Shown in pieces: positions 38,819 through 52,325 of a DNA stretch of 64,000 bases (position 1 is the first letter of the stretch; the number at the start of each line of letters is the position of its first letter). The stretch is from Podarcis gaigeae. Lineage: Eukaryota. Location of the stretch: assembly GCA_964106915.2 (NCBI GenBank), contig OZ066919.1; one strand, given 5' to 3'. Under the pieces are notes generated by a model. That model saw only the letters and a list, made by a program, of their open reading frames with translations. It did not search any database and was not told the DNA's origin. The translations under genes and the position numbers were made by a program.

Positions 38819-40340
38819 GAGGGCTGTGGAGTTGGCTGGGTGCTGTGCTAGCTTTTGTTTCTACAGCTATTGTTGTGGCATGGAATTTGCTGCTGAGAGT
38901 ACACAGAACCACATTTATGCTATGCCAACATTAGCCCAAGCATAGAGGGACCACAGGATCATCCTGAAAACAAAACTTTGCTCGACTGTAAGAATGCAGA
39001 TGCTTAGAGCTCCGATTAGAATCACACAAGCGCACACATATATATGAAAATAAATAAATCTGACATACTGTCAATGTTTAGATTATTTTTCTTTTCTTTT
39101 TTTACATTTTCACAAGAGCAGGAAATTAGAGGGAGCAGACAATCATTATTTAATGGCAGCAGAAGCTCAGTTTCAGATGCATATCTAGGCAAATTCTTCC
39201 AAGCATAGCATATACCCCCTCCCCCCAATATGAAGTGATTGCTGGCTTGGCATATACATCACCCCTGAGAGTCAAAGATAAGGGAAAGCTGTGCAGGTCA
39301 ACCCGAACATGAATTGTTGATAAAATCTACCGGTATATAGCACACAGCGCAGTGGATTAGCATATATGTACAGAGGAGAGAGCAATGGCATTGTAACATT
39401 TATTACAGTGAGCCATGAATGAAAACCAAGCATCAAACAGAACATGCACACTGTATGAGAAGAACAGGTCAACAGGGATTGGGGGGCACGGGGGCAGTTT
39501 TGCTACCAGACAGGTAGCATCAGACTTTGACAAATGCATTTTCATGCCTGAAGTGAAGAACAAGATGGTGCCTCCCTTCCGTTCAATGCACGAAAGTCAG
39601 CTGAACTGACAGATGAATCTTACTTCAAAATTGATAACGGTATAAATCAGTATCCATATATATAAATCAGTATCCACACATATAAGGGAATTCTAATTAA
39701 AAATAGCACATAGATGGCATCACACACCAATACAGATTTCTAAAATAACATCTGGACACTTGCCATATTACTGGCGTGGGGGCAGAGGTACATTTCCTCC
39801 GGTTTATACTGGGATTGCTTGCTGATTTATATATTTGGATTAACGTTTAGAGGGACATCTCCAGTATATTTAGAAATGATATTGTAATGACCCGCCCAAT
39901 TTTCATTGTTAAATCTCTGCAATGGCTATGTGTGTAATTCATGCTAACATGGATGCTGGCTGCAGCCAAAACATTGATAGTGGAACGGCGGAAAACACTG
40001 AAGGACGTGCAGTTAACACTTTGGTACAAAAATGTGTGGATACTAGTGATTTCAGACAAGGGTACTCACTACATCACAGTGGCTCTCCCAAAGGCTGGAC
40101 CGGTTCTGTGCATTAAAGAGTGTGTGGAGGTGTGTATAGTTGCTCTTTACTAGGACTGTAAAAGAAGGATTCAGACAAACATCTGAGTGATGCAGTCACT
40201 GAGTGTGGGAACCAGCCATTTGACTTGCCTGGCGCTACCAAACAACACCTCCTGAAATTCCTTTGCAAGGTGTGTGGTGTGGCAGGAAGAGGAAAGTTGT
40301 GTTCTTACACTTTGGCTATGGCATGTCACAGCTTGGCTAT

Positions 40341-40528
40341 GAAGAGCTGTATCTCAGTGGCAGGGCATTTTACTTGTGTACAGAAGGTCCCAGACTTAAC
40401 CTTTGACATCTCCAGGTAGGCATGGGAGACACTTCTATCCAAAACCCTGGAGAGCCACTACCAGTCAGTGTAGACGATATTGGGCTAGATGGACTTGACT
40501 CAGTACAAGACAACTTCCTGTGTTCCTA
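40341..40528 (+). mobile_element. Squam3-like SINE
   Basis: 'cagaaggtcccag...catctccaggtaggg...aaaccctggagagccactaccagtcagtgtagac...cttcctgtgttccta'. Confidence 0.8.
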
Positions 40529-43500
40529 GGAACTTTGATTACTTGATTTCACCTCTGCCATCTTCCCTTTGGCTGCTCCTCAGGAGCCACCCAAAGGGAA
40601 TGACAAGAAGTGGCTCAGTCATGATTTGGTAGAAAAGATTCAGGATTGAGACCAGGGAGGGGGAAAAATATTGTCAGGAGAGTTGTGGCACCTGTCACCA
40701 ATGGAAGTGAGACCTTGCCATCACAGGTGGTTAGGATGCTGAGGCTGATGTAGCACAATGCTATTTGTTGTTGGTTGATTCTGTGCCACAGATGGTCATG
40801 ATTCTGAGGGTGGCAGTGACTTTTGGAAGAAAAAGAGAGAGTAATTTCTCTTACAAATGGTACATAAAAACAAAAAACAAATAAACAAGTCATCACTGAA
40901 GGAAGCTTAATTATCTGGCATATTAGTCCCAGGAAGACTGATTAGGGAGTAGGTAGAAATAATTGATCATTCAGTTCAGTAACTGATTACTTTGTGCTGT
41001 AGTTTATCATACAGTTATGTCACTACTGTTGGCTTAATCACTGGACCCTCATTCCAGATATGGAGGAACTAGTTGTAGTGACTCAGTGGAGAGGTATAGG
41101 CACTCCAAACATGCTCAGAGGTATCCTACAATCAGCTTTTCAATAAAGTTGTCTCAGCTTAGGTATCGTATAGTATGGTAGGCTCATACTCCAGAAACCA
41201 GGGGACCAACTTAACTAAATTTGTAGGATCTAGTCCATAAACTATATTATACTCAGTGTTCTCTAATTATAGATGGCTGGATATATAACCATGACTGGAT
41301 GTGTGAGACACAGTAATCTGCCAGGACAAAGGGTTCAAAACCAGTGGGAGCAACTGGGAACTAGCTGGGAAAGAGCTGTTTTGGATTGAGAGTCAGAACT
41401 ACTACTGCTCTGAGACTAGTATCATTTGCCCATATGCAATTCCTTCTGTGTTCATATAAGGCCTGTGTAACCTGTACATTCCCTAAAACAGTAAAGTGAC
41501 ACTTACAAGGACATGATAAATCTCCAGTGCAGGTGGGTGTTTCGATGTACAGTTCTAGCAATGTCAGCTTGAATCAACATCACGACTTTGACTTCTGCAT
41601 CAACCACAACTACTGCCTCCACAATGAAACCGAAAGGAAGGATAGCTGCTGGCATTTCCACCTCCAGCTAGCAGGGAATGTATGTAAATTAACCACTACC
41701 AGCACCATGCTCCTGTAAGGCTGATAAATGGGAAAAATAGGGCACTTGTCAGCCACCTAATAGGTGTCTGTGAGCTCAGATCACAAGGAAAGGGGCTGAA
41801 TGACAGGATGGGTAGGAGACATGGACAGATTATAATAGGCCAGTTGGAACGATTACACAAGAGACCATGCTTGCAGACTCTGAACTTTATATCTTTTCTG
41901 CTTTTTAAAAGTAAGTCTCTAGATCTCCAGGAAGTAAAGTTATGAAGCAAAATGTGCAGCCAACTTTTTGAAGCCATTTCTGGAAGATGAGCCAGCCTGG
42001 CTGCTCATACTTTTCAGTGTTTTAAGCCAGTGAGTAAAGTCTGAATTATGTTTGATGGGTGTTTGAATGCCAGGCTACAGGAATCCCCAGGGTCCTAAAG
42101 AGCTGCTATTTCCCTTGCTCTTTAATGCACTCTTCCTGCTTATTTTCCAGTCCTTGAAACTGCTGTAGCTTGCCCTTCCTTTCTAGCAACCAAAATTCAC
42201 ATTTCTTGTGGTGGGTTCATTTGATATCACATACACCCTATATTTTCAGCAAATACAATTGCACAATAGTGCAAATGGGTGTTAAATAATCCTCCTTCCC
42301 CACAAATGGCAAATGCAAAATGTGAAAATTTGGAAAGAGGCTTTGAGATGTCTCCTGCTGTGTAGGAGATGAACTCCAGGAACTCATTAAGAATTCACTA
42401 TATAGTTAACTTACAATGCAATGGTAAACATGTCTGCTCCTAAGTACGTCTTTAGTAGAGCTTGACGTAGGGACGGACAGGATTGCAAAATCAAACAATT
42501 CCAACACAACTGAATTATTATTAATAGAATAAAAATGATTCCATAACATTTAAAAATCCATTTTGTTATCTCAGTGATTTTGCCATTGGGAAAGTAAGTG
42601 GAAACAGAGTTTGTCTTTTTTTTGTACTGAGAAGTTAGGAAAACTCTGACTGTGCTTTTTCTTACTATTTTACCTATAAGAGTAAAATCATCACTAAAAT
42701 GAAAGCAGTTCACACTGCTTTCCACAGTCCCCTATGCCCAGTGGCTACAGGCCTAAGTTAATCAATCCTAGGAATCAATCCTTTGTGCATACGTACTAAC
42801 CTGGGAGTAAGCTCAGCTGGGCACAAGTGAGTCCTATGCATTTAAAATATACAGTAAACATGCCAATTTAATATTCCTTGAAGCCTTGAAGCTATACAAA
42901 TTTGCAAGGAAGGAATGGCAAAAAACATGGTCCTTTATAGTACAAATATAAATTAATGGAACTGAAATTTGATGCCTGTGATTCATGCACTGTCCCCTTT
43001 TGCAGGCATTGATGCCTCTTACATCTTCACAACAGTGAAACTGTATTTGCTTAGAATATTTTTTTGGAATCCACAGAAATTTATGATTAAGACACACATG
43101 AAAAAAATTATGTTTATATCATTTATATCAGGCTTCTTCTTCTGATTCCTTTGTTCAGGTAAAGTGAAATAGTGTACTTCACCTGAATTTCCAGAAATTA
43201 TGGCATGGGATTTTGTGAACATTTCCTGTTTTGATCTAGTTCTGCCCCTTTAAGACCAAGCTTGTGTGGCCTTTGCCAAAGGGGATTGAACCCATGAATG
43301 AGTACCTTGGCACCCTGCATTCAGCTGGCACAGCACACGTCACTCACAGTTTCCACAGCTGATTGGAATGTTCAGAACTGTACCCAGCAAATTGCGGCTT
43401 GGTGAGGGTTTCGGAGAAGAGAATTTGACACTGAGCAGATTAAGAAAGCTATACTCACTGTATGCCTGGAGCCCTGGTATGTTTCAGAGGGCTCTTCTTG

Positions 43501-43735
43501 CATCTCAGATTAAAAAAAGGCAGTGTAGATACTAATTTCACAGCGACGTGGTTGTTCATATTCTGCCTCAAAGAGACTTAGCCTTTATGGGTAGGATTCA
43601 CCTAATAAGCCATGCCAGTGAAAGCCCTGTGGAAAGCCCATTGCACAAGTGGTAGGCCTTGCACCTCCCTCAAAACTGGCTCAAGGGGGTGGTGGTGGTG
43701 GTGGGAGAACTCCCAGAACAGTAAATGGGCAATGC

Positions 43736-43871
43736 CAGTGCTATTTTTCTAGAAAAAGAGGTGCCAGAACTCACCATGAATGCCTCCCTTGTTCTCTTAT
43801 GATGGCAATGGCACCCACCAGAGAGGTGCTGGAACTGAGTTCCTGTGAGTTCTGGCAGAATAAAGGCCCTG
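43736..43871 (+). mobile_element. hAT-type MITE
   Basis: Same family as 24908; 8-bp TSD ggcaatgc/ggccatgc (7/8). Confidence 0.85.
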
Positions 43872-44999
43872 GGCCATGCCCTTTTGGTCGCACAATCAAT
43901 GGAGCTCACAGCCCTAACATAATAAAGATAATGGATTATTATTTGTAAGGAAGAGAGTTCTGTTGTTTGAGCTGTCACCTGCCTTCTCAAGGAATACAAC
44001 CCAGAAACAGGCCTATTCTCAGTGTAGGCTCAAGGTCAGCATCCTAGGGCAGCTACTGTGCCCCACACTGTGCCGCCAGCACTGTCACCTTCCCCATGCC
44101 TTCCACATAGGGTAGTTGGCTCTGTGAGCCTCCATTTTACTTTCTCACTATAGCACGGAATGATGCTGCATCTGGTGCTCTGGAGCACTGCCAGGGTTGG
44201 GCTTTGGATTTAAATGGCAGTCTGGGGGTCCAAAGGCCCCCTCAAACCTGGAGCTGGCCCTGCCTGTCCTTCATATGTTATTTAGCAAAACTAGGCCCAT
44301 TTTGCAGCCTAGTTTTTTTTTTTTTGCAGAAGGAACTACTAAGGGAATTTTATAACCAGCAAATTCTCTTCCGCAGAGTCAACTGTGCTACAGGCATGCG
44401 GCGTGTTCTCAATTCCCAATCCTCTGCTGTGTCGAATGTTTCCAAAACTCTTGCAGTAGGAACAAAGTGGGAACAGGACACAGCTGGGCTGGTCCGATCG
44501 TCCGCCAGCTGGGAAGGCATGAAAAGGGAGAGCTGGCAGGACTGTTTTTCACTCTGTTTCAGAGTCTGACGTTCATAATGTGAGGAATGGTTCTCTTTCA
44601 AAGGACATGAAATGGAAATATTCCCCTTCTCTTGGATGTTTTGGAAAGTGGATTTCTGTTTGAAAAACACCTTTTGGGGCAAAGAGGTTTTGCACCAAAA
44701 TTCTTTGCCAGTTCCTGGAATTGCTAAAAAGCAGAAACAACTGGAGAAGGTCAGGAAATGAAAACAGCTCTGGGACAGCAGAACATTTCAACTTAAAAGC
44801 TGCCCGGTGACAGAAAGATGAGTTACAGAAGCAGAACTTCACTTAGAAAATGTGGACTTGTGTAAATCCCATGAAAAAACACACAAACTGAACCTGTGAT
44901 TTAAAAGTGGGAAAGCAGCAGGAGGGAAGAGGGTAGGGTGGCCATGTGGCCGACTTTAGGGAAGGTAGCTATTTGAAAGGCTATTTGAAAGGCTGTCCA

Positions 45000-45262
45000 T
45001 GTTAAGTCGTGGGTGAACATATCAGACGACACAGTGATTCTTCAAACAGCTCTTGTTTATTCACAGGCCAGAACTGAACTGAACTGAACTGAAGGGTTCA
45101 GTCAGCCTGCTTATATAGAGCTCCACTAGAACGCAACAGTACCCATTTTCTGTAACTATCCAATCACTGAACATCACTTTCGATCCCTTATTTGCATATG
45201 TGGACCTAAACTATCTACAGTATCCCCCTGCTGGCCCAGGGTGAGAACTTCAGTACATAACA
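45000..45262 (-). mobile_element. Solo LTR (263 bp)
   Basis: TGTTA...TAACA termini, perfect 5-bp TSD gtcca (44995-44999 / 45263-45267), minus-strand TATATAA (about 45111-45117) and AATAAA (45056-45061). Confidence 0.85.
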
Positions 45263-45870
45263 GTCCAGTCCAAGTTTAAATGAACCATTAGATGGGTCAG
45301 CAGGAAGGACCTTGAAATGCAGACTCAGCAGGCACACAGGTCAGCTGGTCACAATCTTTCCCACTGCAGTGATATGTACTGTATTTATATTTCAAAGATA
45401 GCAATTACTTCTAAATTTGCACCTACACATATAAACCAGCATATGCAAATATAATGTAAACCAGTGTCCTCTTTTTACACTAACCTTTCCTCTCTCTCTC
45501 TCTTTTGGTAATGCATGTGACCACTCTAGAAGAGGATGCCAAGACCTAGGCCTGCCTGCACTCTCTCTACCCACAAAACTGCCTCACCCAAAGCTGCCTT
45601 TCTTCTGGCAGGCATTACTTTTGATCATAGAGCTTGACTGAAAGAAAAGCTTTCTGCGGAGGAGGGTTTTCTTTGCAGCAGAGGAAACTGGGAAGCAGGA
45701 GGGGAGGATTCAAAACTCACACCAACCTTTTATCCCCACGCAATTGACAATATGTCTATTGGTCTGCCACCATTTTATCTATGCTAGGCTCTTAACAGAC
45801 TGGTAATCAATGACCAAAGTATGCCAACATCTTTTGGCTTCCTTCTGTTTATGGTGGGAAACCAGTTAAG

Positions 45871-45872
<2 letters not shown>

Positions 45873-45916
<44 letters not shown>
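45873..45916. repeat. (AC)n microsatellite
   Basis: Pure AC run. Confidence 0.98.
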
Positions 45917-45918
<2 letters not shown>

Positions 45919-48397
45919 AGGCCATACACTGCTGAATTTCAGTCTGACCAAGTCATACTGGCCTGGTATCCACATACAGATCCAGTTATTCACAATTTCA
46001 GGATGTATGTGGCCCATGTGGTCCCTGTAAAAAGGCCTCTCAAAGTGTGTGTGTGTGGGGGGGGAATGTTTGTGGGAATGCAATTTAGCAAATGACAAGG
46101 AGATATAATTGCAGGTTTTTTTAATTAATCAAAAATTCTCATAGGACAAATGTGGTGGAGAGGTGTGCCTTTCTGTGGCTTAAGGGTCAAGAAAAGCTCA
46201 AATGTGCATGCCCAAGTATGTCCCAATGCTGTGTGTGGCCTGTGGCTCCCTCCTTTTGGAAGCTCTGTTGTTGCAGCTGATAGCCAATGCAGCATTTACT
46301 TGCTTATTGGGAAGCAACTGCTACTTGACTTGTCAACTGTCCTTCTCCCTTTGCTAAAGGAGGCTTACTGTGGGTTTATGTGTGCCACGGGTTCACCACC
46401 GCTGCTGACTGCTATCAGAAGTGGACTTCATGCTACAGAAAACTGGTAAGAAGAACTATGCAAGCTTATGACTTTCATATAACCTTTCTTCCCGGTCAAG
46501 GTAAACTGCTTTCTCACTCTTACACTAACCCAAGTTAGAAAATGAAAGGGGGAAAAGAAACCCCCAACACACCCCAAATGTTTGATCTGATGTCTTAAGG
46601 TTTAAAACCCACGCCTGATGGCTCAATATACCCGGTTGCTTCAGCCTTTCCTTGTATGTGTATTGCAAACTCTGTATCATTTTAGTTGCTCCCTACTGAA
46701 TCCTTTCCAGTTTGCTTGCATTCTTAAAATATGCTGACCTAAACTGGCCACTTTCCAGCTAGCCAGTGCTGAGCCGAGGACCAATTTTTACCTCCTGTGC
46801 CTTGAATCACATTATAGGCAAGTTCGTCCGAGAGGTGCTTCTGAGGAATAGGCTGACTAATCAGACAAATGACTGGGGGATGTCATTTGCCCACTGATAA
46901 TTTGCCCATTCTGCCAAATCAAATACAATTTTGACTCAGTAAGTTCTCTTGCAAGGATGATGTGTCATCAGAAGACTTTTGCTTCTTGTTGACAAATGCT
47001 AAAGTTTAATCTGTCTTGGATGGGTAGCGAGGGTGTATTATCGACAGAGCTTCTTCCTTAGGAATGTTGGAAATGTTTCACTGTGGGTACTTTCTAACTC
47101 TTGAAGCAAGGGATGTGGTAAGACACTGACCTGGTTCACACATCACACTAAACCAAGCCATGGTGGTGTGCAGGCCTCAGGAAACGGGACTGAAGCCATT
47201 TTATTCCTTCCTGTTCATTCTGCTGTCGCACTGTGCTAAGCCATGGTTTGGCTTAGTTCTTCAACTGAGGCTGGGTTTGTGGTTTTGCTCTCTCCAGACT
47301 AACAACAACCTGCAACCAAGATTTGTCCTATGGTTTATGGCTTGTGGATTATCCGGGAGAGCTACTTCACATGCCGGGGTTTGGATGGTACCCTAAGCCA
47401 ACCTATGTTTTTGGCCTAAAACTCCCATGATCCCTAGCTAGCAGGATGAGTTGTTAGAGATGATGGGATGGGAATTGTAGTCTCAAAACATCTAGAGGGG
47501 CAAGTTTGAGGAAGCCTGGCTTAGCTCAACACAGAGCAGCATAGCAGCAGAACAACTGGGGAGCCTGCACATTCACATGTTCATGCTAAGGTCACAGTTT
47601 GGATTAGTATTACACGTGAATCTGGTTAGTCTCGCATTTTCACAATGTGTTTCTGGATAACCATGGTTGACAAGGGCCATAAGTCAATGGAGATGAATGA
47701 GTAAAGAAGAAACATGATACAAGTTAGTATTACATGCAAATTTAGTTAGTCTTGCATTTTAGAATATTATTAGAATGTGGTCTTTCACACTTTAAGGTTG
47801 CAGTTCTAACCCCACTTACCTGGGAGTACATTTAATGGGACTTACTTCTGAGTAGTCATGGTTAGGATTGATGCCTTTCAGGGGAGTAAGGCTGAAATGA
47901 ATCCTATTGGTCTCAGTGGTGCTGACTTCTGAGTAGACATGTAAAGGATTGCACTATAAAATGCATGTAGGATTGCTAACCATAAGCACGTAAGTGACTC
48001 AATATATTTATTTATTTGAGAATAGCACTGATCATTGCTATTTGTCTAAGGGAATTCTATCAGCTGTATCTTAATGTGAGCAGGATGACTGGACTAGCTT
48101 CTGTGTGGCCTATATCACTTTGGCATCCCTACATTCATTAGTCTAGTCTCCCATTTCCGCATTATTCTGTAACTCTTAAAAAATTCCACATGAAAATTCA
48201 CATCTAAATACATATTTTTGAATATGCAGTCTCAAAAAATACGCATTTCTAAATGAACTTTTTCTAAAAATATGCATTTCAATACTTTTTCAGGTACGAA
48301 CTATACAACAGAAAATTCAGAGAAGTGTGAAATCTTAAGGATAATTATGTTTCAATCTGCACATTACTCTGGGAGCTGCAGATCAGGTCAGTTTTCT

Positions 48398-48854
48398 TTT
48401 TTTTTATATATAAAATATTTATTAAAATTTTACGGAAAGACAAATACATACATACAACGAAAAGAAAACAGAAAAAACAACATAGCCAAAAATACAAAGA
48501 AAATACAGAAAACAGAAAATACACAAAAAGTCATAAAAAAGATAATAAAAAACATAAAAAAGAAAAAATCCAATTTTTAACTTCATATTTATTTAACCCT
48601 CTTTCTTGGCTTCCTCACACCTCCTTTTTTGTGTTCCCCTTTGCCCAATCAAGTTCAGCAAATCCTTACCCTCTTTTAAATCTCATTGGTAATTATATAA
48701 TTCAACCTATTATGTCTCCGATCTTTCTCCTTATAACTTAATCACTTATACCATATTGTTTAAATTTGACATAATATAACTCTAGTCTTTACCCTTTTTT
48801 AAAGTTCATTTTTGCATACTCTTTCTAACTTTGTCACTAATGCCATATAAAAAT
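48398..48854 (-). mobile_element. 5'-truncated L1-clade LINE 3' UTR
   Basis: T-run (minus-strand polyA), minus-strand AATAAA (tttatt) near 48418, AT-rich body, perfect 18-bp TSD agatcaggtcagttttct (48380-48397 / 48855-48872). Confidence 0.85.
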
Positions 48855-49490
48855 AGATCAGGTCAGTTTTCTATCAGAATTCAGATAAACTGCATTCTTC
48901 CAGGATCCCACTTAACAACACACTTCATTCTGGCCAAATGTCCTACTTTTCTATATATTCTTTTATGATTCTTACCCTTTAAAAAGTTTTTATTTTTAAA
49001 TCTGATCATGTGCACCTCCACCTATGCACCCATTCATTGTTTCCACTCCCCACCCCCACATTCTCAGCAAAGTTCTTGGCTAGTTCAGAACCTAGTTTGC
49101 AGACTCTCTTCCCCACATCCCTGTGCAATTTACATCTCCCAACAAAAATGTGCAGTGTCAGTGGGGGATACACAGCTGGTGATATGCAAATCTACAAGAA
49201 GTAACAACCTGAGCCTTAAGAAAATTAAAGAATAGCCCACTAAACATGAGAGGAGGAGGATCACATATGGATGGCAAAACGATGGGCGAGAAAAGAGAAC
49301 AGGAAAAACAGGTTAAGATCAGCAACAATGGGGCATTGCTCTGTGTAAGGAGTTTTGGGGAAAGCATAATTTTGCGCTCCGAGAAAGATGACATAAAAGC
49401 ACATTTGGATTTCTTTTAGCTAACCATTTTTAGTGCAACCCCCGCTCCAGCATTGTTTTCTGTGCTTTGTTTTTCTTTTCTTACTCACAG

Positions 49491-49515
49491 CCAGCCATCA
49501 GACTATACCCCAAAG
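49491..49515 (+). other. Candidate microexon (25 nt, or 21 nt from the AG at 49493-49494)
   Basis: Long polypyrimidine tract ending ttactcacag, strong donor AAG|gtaagg, repeat-free flanks. Host gene unknown. Confidence 0.35.
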
Positions 49516-51894
49516 GTAAGGCGTGCTGCTTTAAAACACATCCCATTATCTGGCTTAATTTGTGGTCTAAGTAGTTGGACTGTTCTCGGGACAATGTTTC
49601 CTCCCTCTCCCTCTCTCTGGCTCCTCTGGAGTGTTCATTATTATGTGGCTGCATGAAAAGCAGGCAATGAGGTGGGAGGCAAGGTCACAATAGTGGACCT
49701 GGGACTCTACAGCTTGCTCATTAAGGACAGGCATTTACAACAGCACACGCAGAGCCTCCCTTCCAGAGACAGACACTTTCAAAGCAGTAAGAGATGAATG
49801 ACAAGGCCTCTTGAGCAATATGCACATCCAACAAAGGGGGCATCTTGAGCTCTGCAGGGAAAGCACTTTGTACTTTGGAGAAGTGTTATAGAAATAACCA
49901 TCATAATGTTTATCGATCAATTGTGTTTAGGATTTTTAAAAAACCTGCTCCATCCTAGTATCCACTAAAACGAAATCTGATACAAGATGAAAAGTACCCC
50001 ACGCTGACTTAACTCCCTATCCCAGTCACTAGAAAGCGGGCTGCATTTACAGCACGTCTGAAAGATGCTCAGGTTTCGATACTGGTAAGATTTCGAAGGG
50101 GTTTTCATTATGGTGGAGTAGCAAGCTTCTGTACATGCAAATCTGGTGAAAGGGTGGTACTATCAAGACTCTTCATTGTTTTTTCCTTTCAACAGGGCTA
50201 CTAATCTTAGAGGTTGTATTAGAGCAGTGCAAGTCTATGCGTATCTATGCAAAAGTAATTCATTTTGCTCAATGTGGTTTGCTACCAAGCACGTAGGAGC
50301 AAAATTGCAGCCTTATGGTCAGACCTTATGTGTTAGTACTCACAAGCAAGTCCTGCAGAATTCAATGGGGACTTACTCTCAAGTAGACACACCTACTATC
50401 ACAGACTTAGCAATGTTGGGGTTTTCAGTTACTAGCATGAAAGATACAACATCAGGGTCCCTGGATGTGGACTTTGGTGCAACAAGAAAAATGATCCTTT
50501 GAGCTTATGCCTATTATGGCCACTCTCTATTTGTTCTCCAGCAAGCCAGGCATGGAGGGGGGCACATGTGACAGGCTGGGGTGCCAAGGCCATGCCAGCA
50601 ACAGGGACAAGGTCCAGTTCTCTGCTGATGTGGGAAATCCACTGCTACAGCATCTCTGATAGCTGGCCATCCAGCCTTAAAAAGCTGTAATGAAAGTCCA
50701 GTACCTTCCAAAACAGCCTGTCCCACTGTTAAACAGCTCACACCATCAGAACATTCTTCAAAAAGTTTAATCAGAATCTTCTTTATTATAATTTGAGCCT
50801 ATTGGTTTGGATCCTACCCTTTGGAGAAACAGAAACCAAAACTGCTTCCTCATCCATGCATGATGACCAAGAGTGAGAGCAAGTTCAGATAGTGAATTCA
50901 GAACTCCTGATCCATAGACATTCGTGCTAGGCTAGCCATCAGACCGCACAATCTTGCAAAGGCAAAAAGCTTCGTGCGAGCAGGCTTTGCTTTGATCTCA
51001 TTAATTTATTTACATCATTCCCATATATGAAGAGCAGCAACTTTTTTTTAATGTGCAACCTTCCAAATGCTACACTTTAGTTCAGAGCCCAAAGCCACAA
51101 ACCTTCTCCACAACCAGAAATTATTCAATGGGGAAGGGTTCCCAGACAGCATCATTGTAAGGTCACTCTACTTACTGACTTCAGGCTATTCAATACAAAT
51201 AGCTTTCCCAAGTTTATCTAAGGCTCCATCTTCTGTATATTCTTACCAAGCCTCTCATCTAGAAACATTCTACCCCCTCAAGAAAGAAATGCGAAAGACG
51301 TGAGGTGATTGAAGCTGGAGAGAGAAGGGAGTGGGAAAAATCTTTCAATTAAGGCCTATTATCTTCCCAGAATGTTTGGAAGTATGCTTATTTTACCCAT
51401 GGTTGGATAAGTGATTCCTATGGCTTCAGGCACATTGTGAATTGCAGAAGATGACTGACAGAGACTGATAATTATAGTTAATGATGGCCTTAAAAGATAT
51501 ATATGTGTATATATATTTGTGTGTGTGGCTGGGTTGGGGGTTGGAGGGTATAATAAAATGAACTCATAATAATTACATACAGTAGAGTCAGAGAGGAAAA
51601 AAGTGGAATCTGGGAGAGTATTGCAGAAAGCTTGGACACTGGGGAATACAACAACAAAAACAAGAAAACCAGCTAGACAACAAACGTGTTGGGCCAAAAG
51701 GCACTTTAATCATGGGAGAAGGGGAAAATGACCACACCAGGAAGCTGATCTGCTCTGAGGCTGAATTGGGTCTGCTCTGTTCAGCCTTCCTGGCTGAGCT
51801 GGTGTGAAGCTGGTTTTGGAGTGTGTGTGTTGAAGAACTCCTTCATCATGGTGTTGGGGGAGCTTAGCATTCACGCTGGGGCATTCAGTCGTGG

Positions 51895-52325
51895 CAGTCA
51901 TAGGGCTGTCTCAATACATAAAAGACTCAACTCATGTGGCAGAACATATTCTTGATCTGGTTTTTGCAACAAGGTTTAAAGGCAGTATCCCACTGGTGAG
52001 TCTGCTTCCTGGATGAACCATTTCCTGGTGAGGTTTGGTTTGATAATGGCAGTATGCCCCTGCAGGGGTGGGAGAGCCATTAAGATGGTCCATCTTTGGA
52101 GACTTATGGCATTTGATAGTTTCCTGAATGCTCTCAGAGATTTTCTGACTGACATAGTTGACACTCCTGTTGATGCTCTGGTCTCACTATGGAATAGGAA
52201 TATGGAAAGGACTCTTAACAGTATCACTCCTTGGGGCCTCTTCTGATTTGGTATTCTTGGGAGCTGCAGGTAATGAAGCAAGAAGGATGATGGCTAGAGC
52301 ACAGCTGGCATAAATCTTAGGAGGA
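51895..52325 (+). mobile_element. L2 LINE ORF2 fragment (endonuclease C-terminal region), decayed
   Basis: Translates to 'GLSQYIKDSTHVAEHILDLVF' and 'HFLVRF...CRGGRAIKMVH..RLM..DSFLNALRDF...PVDALVSLWN'. Confidence 0.8.

Noticed and set aside
48272-48580. Lysine-rich 102-aa ORF
   Set aside because: It is a reading of the A-rich antisense strand of a LINE 3' UTR.
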